Source: Defluviitaleaceae bacterium
GTDB taxonomy: Bacteria; Bacillota; Clostridia; Lachnospirales; WRAX01
Reading direction: 5' to 3'
NCBI GenBank assembly: GCA_009784615.1
Contig: WRBJ01000001.1
Span: forward strand, 72,810-136,809
DNA: 64,000 nt
Below are positions 1-9,424 of this stretch, one piece after another. A program made the translations under genes and the position numbers. Each line of letters opens with the position of its first letter. The stretch's first letter is position 1. The notes under the pieces are model-generated. The model made no database searches and had not been told where the DNA came from. It saw nothing but the letters and a program-made list of their open reading frames with translations.

Positions 1-819
1 GGTCTTGACCAATCTTACATCCATCAGTATTTTGCTTGGATAGGGCAGATGTTACAGGGCAATTTTGGCTACAACTTCCCATTTAGGGTGCCTGTTTTAG
101 AAGCGATAAGAACACCTATGTTAAACACGATTGTAATGAACATTTTTGTTTTAATTATCGTGTTTGCTATCACTATACCTATGGGTATTTATGCTGCTAT
201 AAAACGTGGCAAGCTGTTTGATAACGGTGCGTTATTCTTTACCACAATTGGTTTTAGTTTCCCTAACTTTTTATTTGGTCTTTTAATGATAATTATTTTT
301 AATGTATGGCTTGGCTGGCTTCCTACGGGCGGTATGCGCGACCCAATGGCACAAATTTGGCTTGAGGATGGCACTTGGACGCAATGGGATGCATTGTTAG
401 ACCGTGCGAAGTATATGATATTGCCTATTCTGACCCTTGTTTTGGTTGGTATGGCGGGTCTTATGCGTTTTGTGCGTTCGGCTATGATAGATGCCTTAAA
501 CCAAGACTATATACGTACGGCACGCTCTAAAGGTCTTGCCGAAAAAACAGTTATATATTCGCATGCATTTAGAAACGCACTTGTTCCAATCGTAACTGTA
601 ACAGCTGGTTGGTTTATTGGTATATTTGGCGGTTCTGTTTTAGTTGAGCGTGTATTTAGCTGGAACGGTATGGGCATAGTGATGATTGATGCACTTGGTC
701 AGCGTGATGTGGCTACGCTAAAGGCTATGACGGTTTTTTATTCATTAATATCTTTCGTCGGTCTTTTGGTAGTAGATATTGTGTATGTATTGGTTGACCC
801 ACGTATTAGGTTTGAATAA
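1..819 (+). CDS. ABC peptide-type permease, OppB/DppB-like (5' end outside window)
   Basis: Frame is open from base 1 (GLDQSYIHQYFAWIGQMLQGNFGY...). Multi-TM permease with the conserved YIRTARSKGL segment. Followed by OppC/D/F-like genes. Confidence 0.85.
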   Translation, partial: GLDQSYIHQYFAWIGQMLQGNFGYNFPFRVPVLEAIRTPMLNTIVMNIFVLIIVFAITIPMGIYAAIKRGKLFDNGALFFTTIGFSFPNFLFGLLMIIIFNVWLGWLPTGGMRDPMAQIWLEDGTWTQWDALLDRAKYMILPILTLVLVGMAGLMRFVRSAMIDALNQDYIRTARSKGLAEKTVIYSHAFRNALVPIVTVTAGWFIGIFGGSVLVERVFSWNGMGIVMIDALGQRDVATLKAMTVFYSLISFVGLLVVDIVYVLVDPRIRFE

Positions 820-873
820 TTATTTTGTAAATCGAAATTCCTTATAAAAATTTTTTCCAGAGGGGAGAAAACT

Positions 874-3504
874 ATGAGCGAAAATAAGCCCAAAAGAGAG
901 TCTTTTGCGAGCGGTCTGTTTAAGTTTTTATTTACAGGAAGACGCGCTAAAGATGTTTCTATGTGGGAGGAAGAGCAAATTGAAAGTCCGGGTAAAACCG
1001 TGATGAAAGAGTTTTTTAGAAGAAAAATGACAATTGCGGGAATTATTGGTTTTGTTACCGTTTTTACATTGTCTATGGTATTGCCTTTCTTTTTCCCTGT
1101 TCACGATACTGACAGAGATTTGGCGCATTTAAGTATACGTCCTGACCTTACAATGGGTATGATGCGTTTGCCGCGTGAATTGCGTGGTAATGTAGAGATG
1201 ATAGCGCCAGGACCTGGTTTTAGCGTAGGCTTGAGCAAAGACGGCAATGTTTATGTTTGGGGGTCTATTGCACCTGAAACCAGAGATGTTTTTAATGTGC
1301 CTGAGTTTTCCGAGCCTATTGTACACGTAACTGCGGGGCGTTCGCACGTTGTTGCGGTTAGCGAGAACGGTCGTGTATATTCTTGGGGACATCAACACGC
1401 TTCTACAATGCACACTGTAGTGCCAAATGAGATACAAGGGCGCACAAGAGTGGTTGAAGCGGGATTAAGAACGGCTGTTGCTATTTTGGACGACGGTAGT
1501 ATTCAAGTATTTGGCGGTATTGATAATAATATGGCAAATATTGCGCCTTTCCCTGCTTTTGTAGGCTCTAGGGCAAACAATCCTTTTAGCCTTCCTGTTG
1601 GCGCAGTTATTGCGCAGGTTTTGGCATCTGATAATATGGCTGGTGTTTTGACTGAAGATGGCGAGTTGCATATAATGTCATCTAATGCTCAATTGCGAAA
1701 TGTGCCAGACGATGTGCAAGGGCGTATTGTTGATTTTGCATTTAATTCCAGATATGTTGCGGTTGTTTTGGATAATGGCTCTGTTTATGCTTGGGGGCAA
1801 TTGCCAGGCTTAGGCGAGGATGAAGAACGTATTGCTATCAACAGCGGTGCTGTTGGCATTGTTGACAACGATGATGATTTTGTTGTTGCTATGGCGGCAG
1901 GCGGCTTTACACGTTTTGACCTTACTGACAATCAGTTAAGCGCAGAGAATAATATACCTTCATCTTCATTAACCAGACATTCGCTTGAAGGCATTAGTGC
2001 TTCACAAATTGTTGTTAATACTAATAATTTTGGCATTTTGACTGAAGGCAGTGATGTGACTGGAGGCGGTAATGTTTATGTTGTTTCGCCAAGTGGACAC
2101 GCTGTTGGTAATGTTCCTGCCGATATTCAAGGCAGAATAATTGATTTTGCTTTAACCGACAGAAATGGTGCGGCTCTTTTAAATGACGGAACTGTTGTTG
2201 TGTGGGGCGAAGGTCCTTATCAGCAAGCTCCGGCGCATTTCCAAGGACGTGTTGTTTCTATTGACAGCGGCGTTACGCATTTTTCTGTTGTATTAGAAAC
2301 CGGAAACACACATACATTTACGGCTGACCCTTCTGCGGCTTCACATTTTTGGAGATTGCCTGTTGGTGTGTACGTTACTAAAGTAGAGATGAATTCTAAT
2401 ACAGCGGCTGTTTTAACTTCTGACGGCGAAATTTATGTTCTTTCACCTGTAGACCGTACAGTTAGAAATGTACCGCAAGAATTTCAAGGTAGATTTATTG
2501 ATTTTGCTTTAACGGATAGAAATGCCGCCGCAATTTTGGACGACAACACAGTTGTTGCTTGGGGCGACGATATGCCTGCACGCGTTGTTCCTGAAGCGAT
2601 TGGCGCACGTGCTATGGAAATAAACGGCGGCGAAGCACATTTTACCGTGCGCTTAGACGATAATTCAGTATATTCTTGGGGTGATAATGGTCATAGACAA
2701 TCAAATCACCCTAACAATAATAATATTGAAGAAATCTTCGTTGGATACCATCATAACTATGCCTTGACTTCAGACGGCGATGTTGAAACTTGGGGTTTAA
2801 GAGGTTTTCCGTTTGGTTCGGATGACTCTGGGCGTTCTATGTTTTCACGTGTTTGGCAGGCTGGGCGTTATTCTTTAACAATCGGTTTTGTGGCTATATT
2901 AATTGCTACCTTCATTGGCATTATACTTGGCTCACTTGCAGGTTATTTTGGAGGGTGGGTTGAAACGCTTATTATGCGTTTTGGTGAGATAGTTATGTCG
3001 CTGCCTTTCCTACCTATGGCGTTGATACTTAACTGGCGTTTGCAAGGTGAAGCCACAACAGAGGTGCAAAACCTTATGATACTGATGGTTGTACTTGGTC
3101 TTATATCTTGGCCAGGCATTATGCGTCTTGTTCGTGCACAGGTTATGCAAGCAAGAAATGCGGAATACGTTATTGGCGCACGTGCTTTGGGTGTAAAAGA
3201 AGGCAAGATTATATCTCGCCATATTATGCCAAACGTGCTATCGGTTATTATTGTACAATTTGCATTGGGTCTTGCTGGTTCTATGCTTACAGAAAGCACA
3301 CTGTCCTTCCTAGGCTTTGGCATTACACCGCCGACACCAACTTGGGGCAATATGCTTAATGCCGCACAGCACTCTATTGTATTGCGTGTTGAATGGTGGC
3401 GTTGGGTTGCTCCGGCGGCGGCACTTGTTACAGTTGTTATCAGTATTAATCTTATCGGCGACGGCTTGCGTGAAGCCTTTGACCCAAGAGCGAGAGGAAG
3501 GTAA
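874..3504 (+). CDS. OppC/DppC-like ABC permease with a large RCC1-like beta-propeller insertion in the first extracytoplasmic loop
   Basis: RBS GAGGGGAG upstream. TM1 lies near aa 52-74. About 560 aa follow with repeated G..H..A......G.VY.WG blades (YVWGS, YSWGH, YAWGQ, VVWGE, VAWGD, YSWGD, ETWGL). The C-terminal about 240 aa are a typical OppC permease core ending DGLREAFDPR. Confidence 0.8.
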   Translation: MSENKPKRESFASGLFKFLFTGRRAKDVSMWEEEQIESPGKTVMKEFFRRKMTIAGIIGFVTVFTLSMVLPFFFPVHDTDRDLAHLSIRPDLTMGMMRLPRELRGNVEMIAPGPGFSVGLSKDGNVYVWGSIAPETRDVFNVPEFSEPIVHVTAGRSHVVAVSENGRVYSWGHQHASTMHTVVPNEIQGRTRVVEAGLRTAVAILDDGSIQVFGGIDNNMANIAPFPAFVGSRANNPFSLPVGAVIAQVLASDNMAGVLTEDGELHIMSSNAQLRNVPDDVQGRIVDFAFNSRYVAVVLDNGSVYAWGQLPGLGEDEERIAINSGAVGIVDNDDDFVVAMAAGGFTRFDLTDNQLSAENNIPSSSLTRHSLEGISASQIVVNTNNFGILTEGSDVTGGGNVYVVSPSGHAVGNVPADIQGRIIDFALTDRNGAALLNDGTVVVWGEGPYQQAPAHFQGRVVSIDSGVTHFSVVLETGNTHTFTADPSAASHFWRLPVGVYVTKVEMNSNTAAVLTSDGEIYVLSPVDRTVRNVPQEFQGRFIDFALTDRNAAAILDDNTVVAWGDDMPARVVPEAIGARAMEINGGEAHFTVRLDDNSVYSWGDNGHRQSNHPNNNNIEEIFVGYHHNYALTSDGDVETWGLRGFPFGSDDSGRSMFSRVWQAGRYSLTIGFVAILIATFIGIILGSLAGYFGGWVETLIMRFGEIVMSLPFLPMALILNWRLQGEATTEVQNLMILMVVLGLISWPGIMRLVRAQVMQARNAEYVIGARALGVKEGKIISRHIMPNVLSVIIVQFALGLAGSMLTESTLSFLGFGITPPTPTWGNMLNAAQHSIVLRVEWWRWVAPAAALVTVVISINLIGDGLREAFDPRARGR

Positions 3505-3510
3505 GGTATT

Positions 3511-4500
3511 ATGGCATTATTAGAGCTTAACAATGTTCATACATTCTTTACTACTAGACGTGGCATTATTAAGGCCGTAAACGGTGTATCTTATCACGTT
3601 GAAGCGGGTAAGACCCTCGGCATAGTGGGCGAATCTGGTAGTGGCAAGTCTGTTTCTGCAATGAGCGTTTTGCGTCTTTTGGACGAAAACGGTAAAGTTG
3701 TTGACGGTACGATTATGTTTAAAGGTAAAGATTTGTCAAAGCTATCTAAAAAGGAGATTAACAGAATACGCGGTAACGAGATTTCTGTTATCTTTCAAGA
3801 GCCTATGACAAGCCTTAACCCGATTTTTACTGTACGCAAGCAAATTGGTGAAGCGTTTAGATTGCACCAAGGTATGAGTAAGCAAGAAGCATATCTTGAA
3901 GCGGTTAAAATTTTGGCAGATGTTAAAATACCTGACCCAGAGATTGTAGCAAAAAAATATCCATTTATGCTATCTGGTGGTATGCGTCAGCGTGTTATGA
4001 TTGCGATGGCGTTAGCGTGTAAACCCGACTTGCTTATTGCTGATGAACCAACGACGGCACTTGATGTTACAATACAAGCACAGATTTTGCGCCTTATGAA
4101 TGAATTGAAAAAAGAAAAAGGCACAGCTATTATGTTTATTACGCACGATTTGGGCGTTATTAACGAAATGGCGGATGATGTAGCTGTAATGTACTGCGGG
4201 CAGGTTGTAGAACAAGCACCGGTGCGACAAATATTTGGCGAAAGTAAGTTTTCGCATCCATATACTGAAGCATTGCTTACATCTATACCACGTCTTGACA
4301 CGCCTGTTGGCACAAGACTTGACCCGATTGAAGGCTCTGTGCCTCATCCGCTTGATTTGCCTGTTGGTTGTAAATTTGCGCCACGTTGCAAATATAAAAC
4401 CGAACGTTGCGAAAAAGAGGAACCGGAACTTTTCCAAGTAACAGAAAACCAAAGGGTAAGATGTTTCTATCCGGAAGAGGGGGTGCGTGCAAATGGATAA
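3511..4500 (+). CDS. Peptide ABC transporter ATP-binding protein, OppD/DppD-like
   Basis: Walker A GESGSGKS, signature LSGGMRQR, Walker B LLIADEPTTALD, C-terminal oligopeptide-type Cys motif (CKFAPRC). Confidence 0.9.
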   Translation: MALLELNNVHTFFTTRRGIIKAVNGVSYHVEAGKTLGIVGESGSGKSVSAMSVLRLLDENGKVVDGTIMFKGKDLSKLSKKEINRIRGNEISVIFQEPMTSLNPIFTVRKQIGEAFRLHQGMSKQEAYLEAVKILADVKIPDPEIVAKKYPFMLSGGMRQRVMIAMALACKPDLLIADEPTTALDVTIQAQILRLMNELKKEKGTAIMFITHDLGVINEMADDVAVMYCGQVVEQAPVRQIFGESKFSHPYTEALLTSIPRLDTPVGTRLDPIEGSVPHPLDLPVGCKFAPRCKYKTERCEKEEPELFQVTENQRVRCFYPEEGVRANG

Positions 4501-6040
4501 AAAGCCGCTTATCAGCATAAAAGAACTTAAACAATGGTTTCCCGTTAGGGGTAAACGTGGTTTGTTTGTTAAAGCAAACGACGGTGTTACACTTGACATT
4601 TTTGAAGGCGAAACGGTTGGTATCGTAGGCGAATCTGGTTGCGGTAAGTCTACACTTGGTCGTGTGCTTTTACAGCTTTATAAGCAAACCGACGGGCAAA
4701 CTATTTATTATGGACAATCTCTTGAAGATGTTGCGCCGATTTATGTTCTTGATATTTATAAAAATCTTGAGAAAAAAGTCGCATTAACAAAAAAAGAGAT
4801 TGCCGATGCCGAACGTTTGGAAGCAGAGGTTGCTAAACTTGAAGCCGAAATTGGACAATCGCAAGATAAAGACAAGTTAAAACTGTTATATGCTAAAATG
4901 AACGAGCGTAACGAAGCCAGAAAAATAGCAAACACAGACTTTTTGTCGGTTGTGCGATTGATGGGCGGTTTTTATACCACAAAGGATTTTGCGGAGGTTT
5001 CACGTGTTCACGTAGAATATTACAACGCTTGCCTTGGGGTGCGCTCTGTTAATATGTCGCTTAAAAAATTACGTCTTGAAGTTGCAGAGCTTCAATATAA
5101 AGTCGATAAAGACTTGGGAGGTGACGCAACAAAACTTGATAACCTTAAAAAGAAACTTGAAGGTATTGAAAGCACCGAATTGCGCACAGCAGAGCGTGCA
5201 AGAGATGAAAAGCGTGACACAGTTAATGCTTTGCGTGCAAAATATGCCAATGACCCCGAGTTTCAAGAATTTGAAGAAATGCGAGATTATGGTATAGACC
5301 TTGCCGCCTTAAAAATTAACGAAATGCGTCATTTGCGCAAAGATTTGCAAATGATTTTTCAAGACCCGTATAGTTCGCTAAACCCACGCTTAACAGTTGG
5401 TCAAATTATAGCTGAAGGTCCGCAAACCCATCAGGATTTGGCGGCGAAAAATGAGCGCACACAGGAATATGTTACAACAATTATGGAAGATTGCGGTCTT
5501 GCACCTTATATGATTCACCGCTACCCGCATCAATTTTCGGGCGGTCAGCGTCAGCGTATAAGTATTGCACGTGCATTGTCTGTTAAGCCAAAATTTGTTG
5601 TTTGCGATGAGGCTGTTTCGGCACTTGACGTATCTATACAGTCGCAAATTATCAACCTTTTGCAAGATTTGCGCGAAAAAGACAATCTTACGTATATGTT
5701 TATTTCGCATGACCTTTCTGTTGTAAAATACATATCCGACCGTGTTGCGGTTATGTATTTGGGCGTTATTGTGGAACTTTGTAGCTCTGCAGAGCTATTT
5801 AGTAACCCATTGCATCCATATACGGAAGCTCTGCTTTCTGCTATACCAACAACAGATTTAGAAAAAGATACAGAAATGATTATACTCGAAGGCGACATTC
5901 CATCCCCTGTTAATCCTCCAAAGGGTTGTAAGTTTAATACTCGTTGTAGAGATTGTATGGACATTTGTTCGCAGGTAGCACCAGAATGGCGTGAACATAC
6001 ACCAGGTCATTTTGTAGCTTGCCATAAGTATAACGACTAA
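4487..6040 (+). CDS. Peptide ABC transporter ATP-binding protein, OppF/DppF-like, with about 210-aa coiled-coil insertion
   Basis: Walker A GESGCGKST. About 210 charged heptad-like residues lie before QMIFQDPYSSLNPR. Signature FSGGQRQR, Walker B FVVCDEAVSALD, C-terminal CKFNTRC. Overlaps the upstream gene by 14 nt. Confidence 0.85.
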   Translation: MQMDKKPLISIKELKQWFPVRGKRGLFVKANDGVTLDIFEGETVGIVGESGCGKSTLGRVLLQLYKQTDGQTIYYGQSLEDVAPIYVLDIYKNLEKKVALTKKEIADAERLEAEVAKLEAEIGQSQDKDKLKLLYAKMNERNEARKIANTDFLSVVRLMGGFYTTKDFAEVSRVHVEYYNACLGVRSVNMSLKKLRLEVAELQYKVDKDLGGDATKLDNLKKKLEGIESTELRTAERARDEKRDTVNALRAKYANDPEFQEFEEMRDYGIDLAALKINEMRHLRKDLQMIFQDPYSSLNPRLTVGQIIAEGPQTHQDLAAKNERTQEYVTTIMEDCGLAPYMIHRYPHQFSGGQRQRISIARALSVKPKFVVCDEAVSALDVSIQSQIINLLQDLREKDNLTYMFISHDLSVVKYISDRVAVMYLGVIVELCSSAELFSNPLHPYTEALLSAIPTTDLEKDTEMIILEGDIPSPVNPPKGCKFNTRCRDCMDICSQVAPEWREHTPGHFVACHKYND

Positions 6041-6077
6041 AAGAAACCGTATAATAAGCAGGAAGCTAGGTGATGTT

Positions 6078-6296
6078 ATGTTTTTACGAAAAGACCAAAG
6101 AAGGCGACGTATGACAAGGGAAGAAGCTAACGCTATTTTGGAGCGTACAAAAACCGAAGAACCTTTGGAATTGGAAAAGGGCGATTTGTTTGCTATTCTT
6201 TTGGCGGCGGCAAAAACATTCGTTCCTGTTATATTAGTATTTTGCCTCTCTATGTTGTTATTATGGTGGCTTATATTTCACGTTTGGGCAAGCTAG
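6078..6296 (+). CDS. Small membrane protein, function unknown (start may be the ATG at 6111)
   Basis: 72-aa ORF with a basic N-terminus and one clear hydrophobic helix (FAILLAAAKTFVPVILVFCLSMLLLWWLIF). Coding status is not independently supported. Confidence 0.4.
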   Translation: MFLRKDQRRRRMTREEANAILERTKTEEPLELEKGDLFAILLAAAKTFVPVILVFCLSMLLLWWLIFHVWAS

Positions 6297-6369
6297 TTTT
6301 ATCCAAACAAACTAAAGCGTTTTGGGCGAGGCGTTATTTTGTCTCGCCCTTGTTAATGGGAGGTAAGAA

Positions 6370-8175
6370 ATGAGAAATAGTAAGTGGGAGCAAGTTAAAG
6401 CAAATGTATCATTATTTGCAAAAAGAAACAAAAAAGCATTAAGAAGGACGTATTGGACATTAGCGGCATTGTTTTTGGTTGGCTTTGGCGGAATGTTAGC
6501 ATATGTACAATTTATGGGATATTTTGACCCCATTAGCACGCCAGCTATGATGAGGATGACCCCAGATGAAATGCGTGAAATGCGTGAAATGGAGCAAGTA
6601 TTGTGGGAATATTGGCGTGAGCAATCCCGTCAAGGCGACTTTGCTGAAATGATGTGGCTTTTGCACGAAAACTATCCATTTTTTGAGATGGGTTTGCGCA
6701 ATGGCGTAGATATTGTAGGTATTGGCATTGATGCTTTTGCAGAGCTAGAAGGGGTTGCCGCACATCTATCAGGTACAGGCGGCTTTCAAGAGTTTATCAA
6801 TAGCTATTTTATGAACCATATTGGTGGCTTGGGCGGTTTGCGTATTGCGGCTGCGGCATCACGTACTGCGCTTTGGTTAAGTGAGCCTTATTATATGGGT
6901 CATTCTGACTTCCGTTTTTATGACGATAGGTTTGACGCACAGACAAGTGAGCAAAACCATCGTATGTCTATGGTTACAGATGATGTGGCGTATTTGCAAA
7001 TTGAGGCATTTTTGTCAAAGGGCTATACTCCTATTAATAATCATCCGTATTGGAGATATGATTTTAACGAAGAACGGCAAGAATTGTTGCGTGCATTTAG
7101 AAACGTCAACAACGCAGAGCATTTAATAATTGACATTAGAGGCATAAACGAAGGTTTTAGTGAATATTTTTTGCCGCTATTAATAGAACCAAATATTTAT
7201 GCACCTATTATGCAAAATTTCTACGCTTTCCATACAGGTGGCAATATGGCGATGGAAGTTAGCGCAAGTTTTAGAGAATTTCACAGCCTTGGCAGAACAT
7301 ACAATACAAATAGCCTTTTAGCAGATATGCCGATGGCGAATGTGGCAGATTTTGAAAATCTTATCCACGGTTTTGAAATTGCGCTTGAAGCAAATCCGAC
7401 ACAAAATAGCCCTGCATTCGGCGGGAAAATTTGGCTGTTGACAGATTCGGCAAACTTCTCTGGGATAAATCAAATGTATTTAGCTATGGCAGAAGAAGCG
7501 GGTTTTGAAATTCTTTATGTCGAAGATAATAATGCGCCACAATGGCCAGTGCCTTTTGCCAGATTGCCGCAAAGCGGTTTATCGGTGCGCCACAATGTTT
7601 TTTATTTCACAAACAATGACGGCATAGCTTTTGAAGAACAACGCATTGCAGGACATTACAACCTACAGGCTGATGTCGATGATGCATTAAGCGTCGCGTT
7701 TATGCATATAACAGGTGCAGAAATGCCGCATTTTGAGATTGCTCAAGAACCAAACGCAGAAATAGATGATATAATATCAATTACAAATGGCATTGCATTT
7801 GGCGATTTAAGCATTACTTTTAGTAATGAAGTTAGCGTAATCACCAATGAATTGGGCAATACGCTGGTGATTTTTGATGATGTAGATGGCAATTCAACTC
7901 TAATACATCAGCTTACAGCAAGTGCGCCTATGCAGAATTTTTCGTGGATAGCGGTTGGTATGAATGAAAGTGGCGAACTTTACGAAGCTGAAGTGCTGTA
8001 TGCCCACGACGGCGAAGTATCTGTATTTATAGTTAATTGGATAGAGTGGGGCACAGTACCACACCGTGGGGTATCATTTGTCGATGAAAATGGCAATGTG
8101 CGACGTTTTTTCATAGCTATGAACAATGCATATCCTGATGAAGGCGATGGCATATTCTTGCTTCGTGAGTTTTAA
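6370..8175 (+). CDS. Membrane-anchored protein with S41 (tail-specific protease)-like core, otherwise uncharacterised
   Basis: RBS GGGAGG, N-terminal TM. The segment LIIDIRGINEGFSEYFLPLL resembles the S41 vIiDLRgNgGG strand. The later LLTDSANFSGINQ resembles the S41 Ser region. Family assignment is from memory of motifs only. Confidence 0.55.
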   Translation: MRNSKWEQVKANVSLFAKRNKKALRRTYWTLAALFLVGFGGMLAYVQFMGYFDPISTPAMMRMTPDEMREMREMEQVLWEYWREQSRQGDFAEMMWLLHENYPFFEMGLRNGVDIVGIGIDAFAELEGVAAHLSGTGGFQEFINSYFMNHIGGLGGLRIAAAASRTALWLSEPYYMGHSDFRFYDDRFDAQTSEQNHRMSMVTDDVAYLQIEAFLSKGYTPINNHPYWRYDFNEERQELLRAFRNVNNAEHLIIDIRGINEGFSEYFLPLLIEPNIYAPIMQNFYAFHTGGNMAMEVSASFREFHSLGRTYNTNSLLADMPMANVADFENLIHGFEIALEANPTQNSPAFGGKIWLLTDSANFSGINQMYLAMAEEAGFEILYVEDNNAPQWPVPFARLPQSGLSVRHNVFYFTNNDGIAFEEQRIAGHYNLQADVDDALSVAFMHITGAEMPHFEIAQEPNAEIDDIISITNGIAFGDLSITFSNEVSVITNELGNTLVIFDDVDGNSTLIHQLTASAPMQNFSWIAVGMNESGELYEAEVLYAHDGEVSVFIVNWIEWGTVPHRGVSFVDENGNVRRFFIAMNNAYPDEGDGIFLLREF

Positions 8176-8190
8176 TACAGGGGTGATTTT

Positions 8191-8991
8191 TTGGCTGAAA
8201 ATATCTTTGGTGGATTAGAGAAATTTGGCTTTGCGGACATAATTGAAAAAAATATAGATATTTTTCAAATAGCCCGTAAAAAAGAAAGCCTTGCTGAAAA
8301 AGAGAAAGTTTTTGATATAAACGACTATGTTTATGCCAAAAAATACAGATGTCCAGTGTGTATGGAAACTTTTGAATCTTATGCGGTTAAATGGGGCAAA
8401 ACTCGTTTGAATTCTATCGAATTTGACTTGCGCCCAATATATAGCCCCATAAATCATTTGTATTATGACGTTATTTCTTGCAGTTTGTGCGGGTATACGG
8501 CTGTTTCTGAAACTTTTGATAAAATAACAAACAAACAATCAGAATACATTTTAACAGAGCTAAAACCCCATTACAAACATCAAGAATATCCCATAGAACC
8601 CAGCGTCGAGGCTGTGATAGACAGATACAAACTGGCTTTGCTAAATGCGACAATTAAAAAAGCAAAGCACGGCGAAAAAGCCTATATTTGTATGAAATTG
8701 ACATGGCTGTATAGAACTAAAGGCGATGACCCAATCAACGAAAAAAAGTTTGCGATTTTAACGATAAAAGGGTTTACGCACGCTCTTGAAGAAGAACATA
8801 CGCCAATAATAGGTTTAGAAGAAGTTACGATATTTTATATAATTGCCGCATTTTCAAAATTTATAGGCAACAACAAAAACGCCCTTAAAATCTTATCTGC
8901 AATAATAACATCAAGAAAATCATCCGAAAGATTAAAGGACAGAGCAAGAGATTTGAAGGATGAGATTGTTAAGCAAAATAATGCTTCATAA
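8191..8991 (+). CDS. DUF2225-like zinc-ribbon protein
   Basis: TTG start after AGGGGTGA. CPVC...CSLCGY zinc-ribbon pair followed by a helical TPR-like C-terminus, as in the DUF2225 family. Confidence 0.65.
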   Translation: MAENIFGGLEKFGFADIIEKNIDIFQIARKKESLAEKEKVFDINDYVYAKKYRCPVCMETFESYAVKWGKTRLNSIEFDLRPIYSPINHLYYDVISCSLCGYTAVSETFDKITNKQSEYILTELKPHYKHQEYPIEPSVEAVIDRYKLALLNATIKKAKHGEKAYICMKLTWLYRTKGDDPINEKKFAILTIKGFTHALEEEHTPIIGLEEVTIFYIIAAFSKFIGNNKNALKILSAIITSRKSSERLKDRARDLKDEIVKQNNAS

Positions 8992-9009
8992 TATGCTAAA
9001 ATCCCCCGC

Positions 9010-9038
9010 TTGACAAAACGGGGGATTTGTTGTATTAT
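9010..9038 (+). promoter_or_regulatory. Sigma-A type promoter for tmRNA (TTGACA-17-TATTAT), embedded in the upstream terminator hairpin
   Basis: TTGACA at 9010-9015, 17-nt spacer, TATTAT at 9033-9038. The hairpin AAATCCCCCG...CGGGGGATTT spans the -35 element. Confidence 0.45.
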
Positions 9039-9070
9039 TATGGTTAGTGGCAAAATGCCGCTGTTACGTC

Positions 9071-9418
9071 GGGGGCGCACTGGTTTCGACGGGGATTTTA
9101 AATACAGAGATAGCCATCCGCAGCGTCAACTGCGTCATCAAGGCAAACCTAAAATTAACTGACAAAAATGAATTAGCTTTTGCGGCTTAATTAAAAAGCC
9201 GTTGCCCGCCTAGATAATCTCATCGGTTTAGGCCTGGCATCGACTAGATGAGGCACTTTCGCCACGACCGCTTCGCCGTGGCGAAAAGACCCTAGAAGCT
9301 ACCTGCGGTAATGCTTTGTCGGTTTTGCATACCAAAGGGAAATTTAAAAATCGTCTATGATGGAAGAAGTCTTTGTGGGCAGGTTCTCGGACACGGGTTC
9401 AATTCCCGTCGCCTCCAT
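9071..9418 (+). ncRNA. ssrA: tmRNA (SsrA)
   Basis: 5' GGGGGCGCACTGGTTTCGACGGGG and 3' GGACACGGGTTCAATTCCCGTCGCCTCCA form a tRNA-Ala-like acceptor stem with a G3:U pair and a T-arm. The internal tag frame GCA AAC ... GCT TAA (9143-9190) would encode ANLKLTDKNELAFAA. CCA is not encoded. Confidence 0.85.
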
Positions 9419-9424
9419 AAGGTT

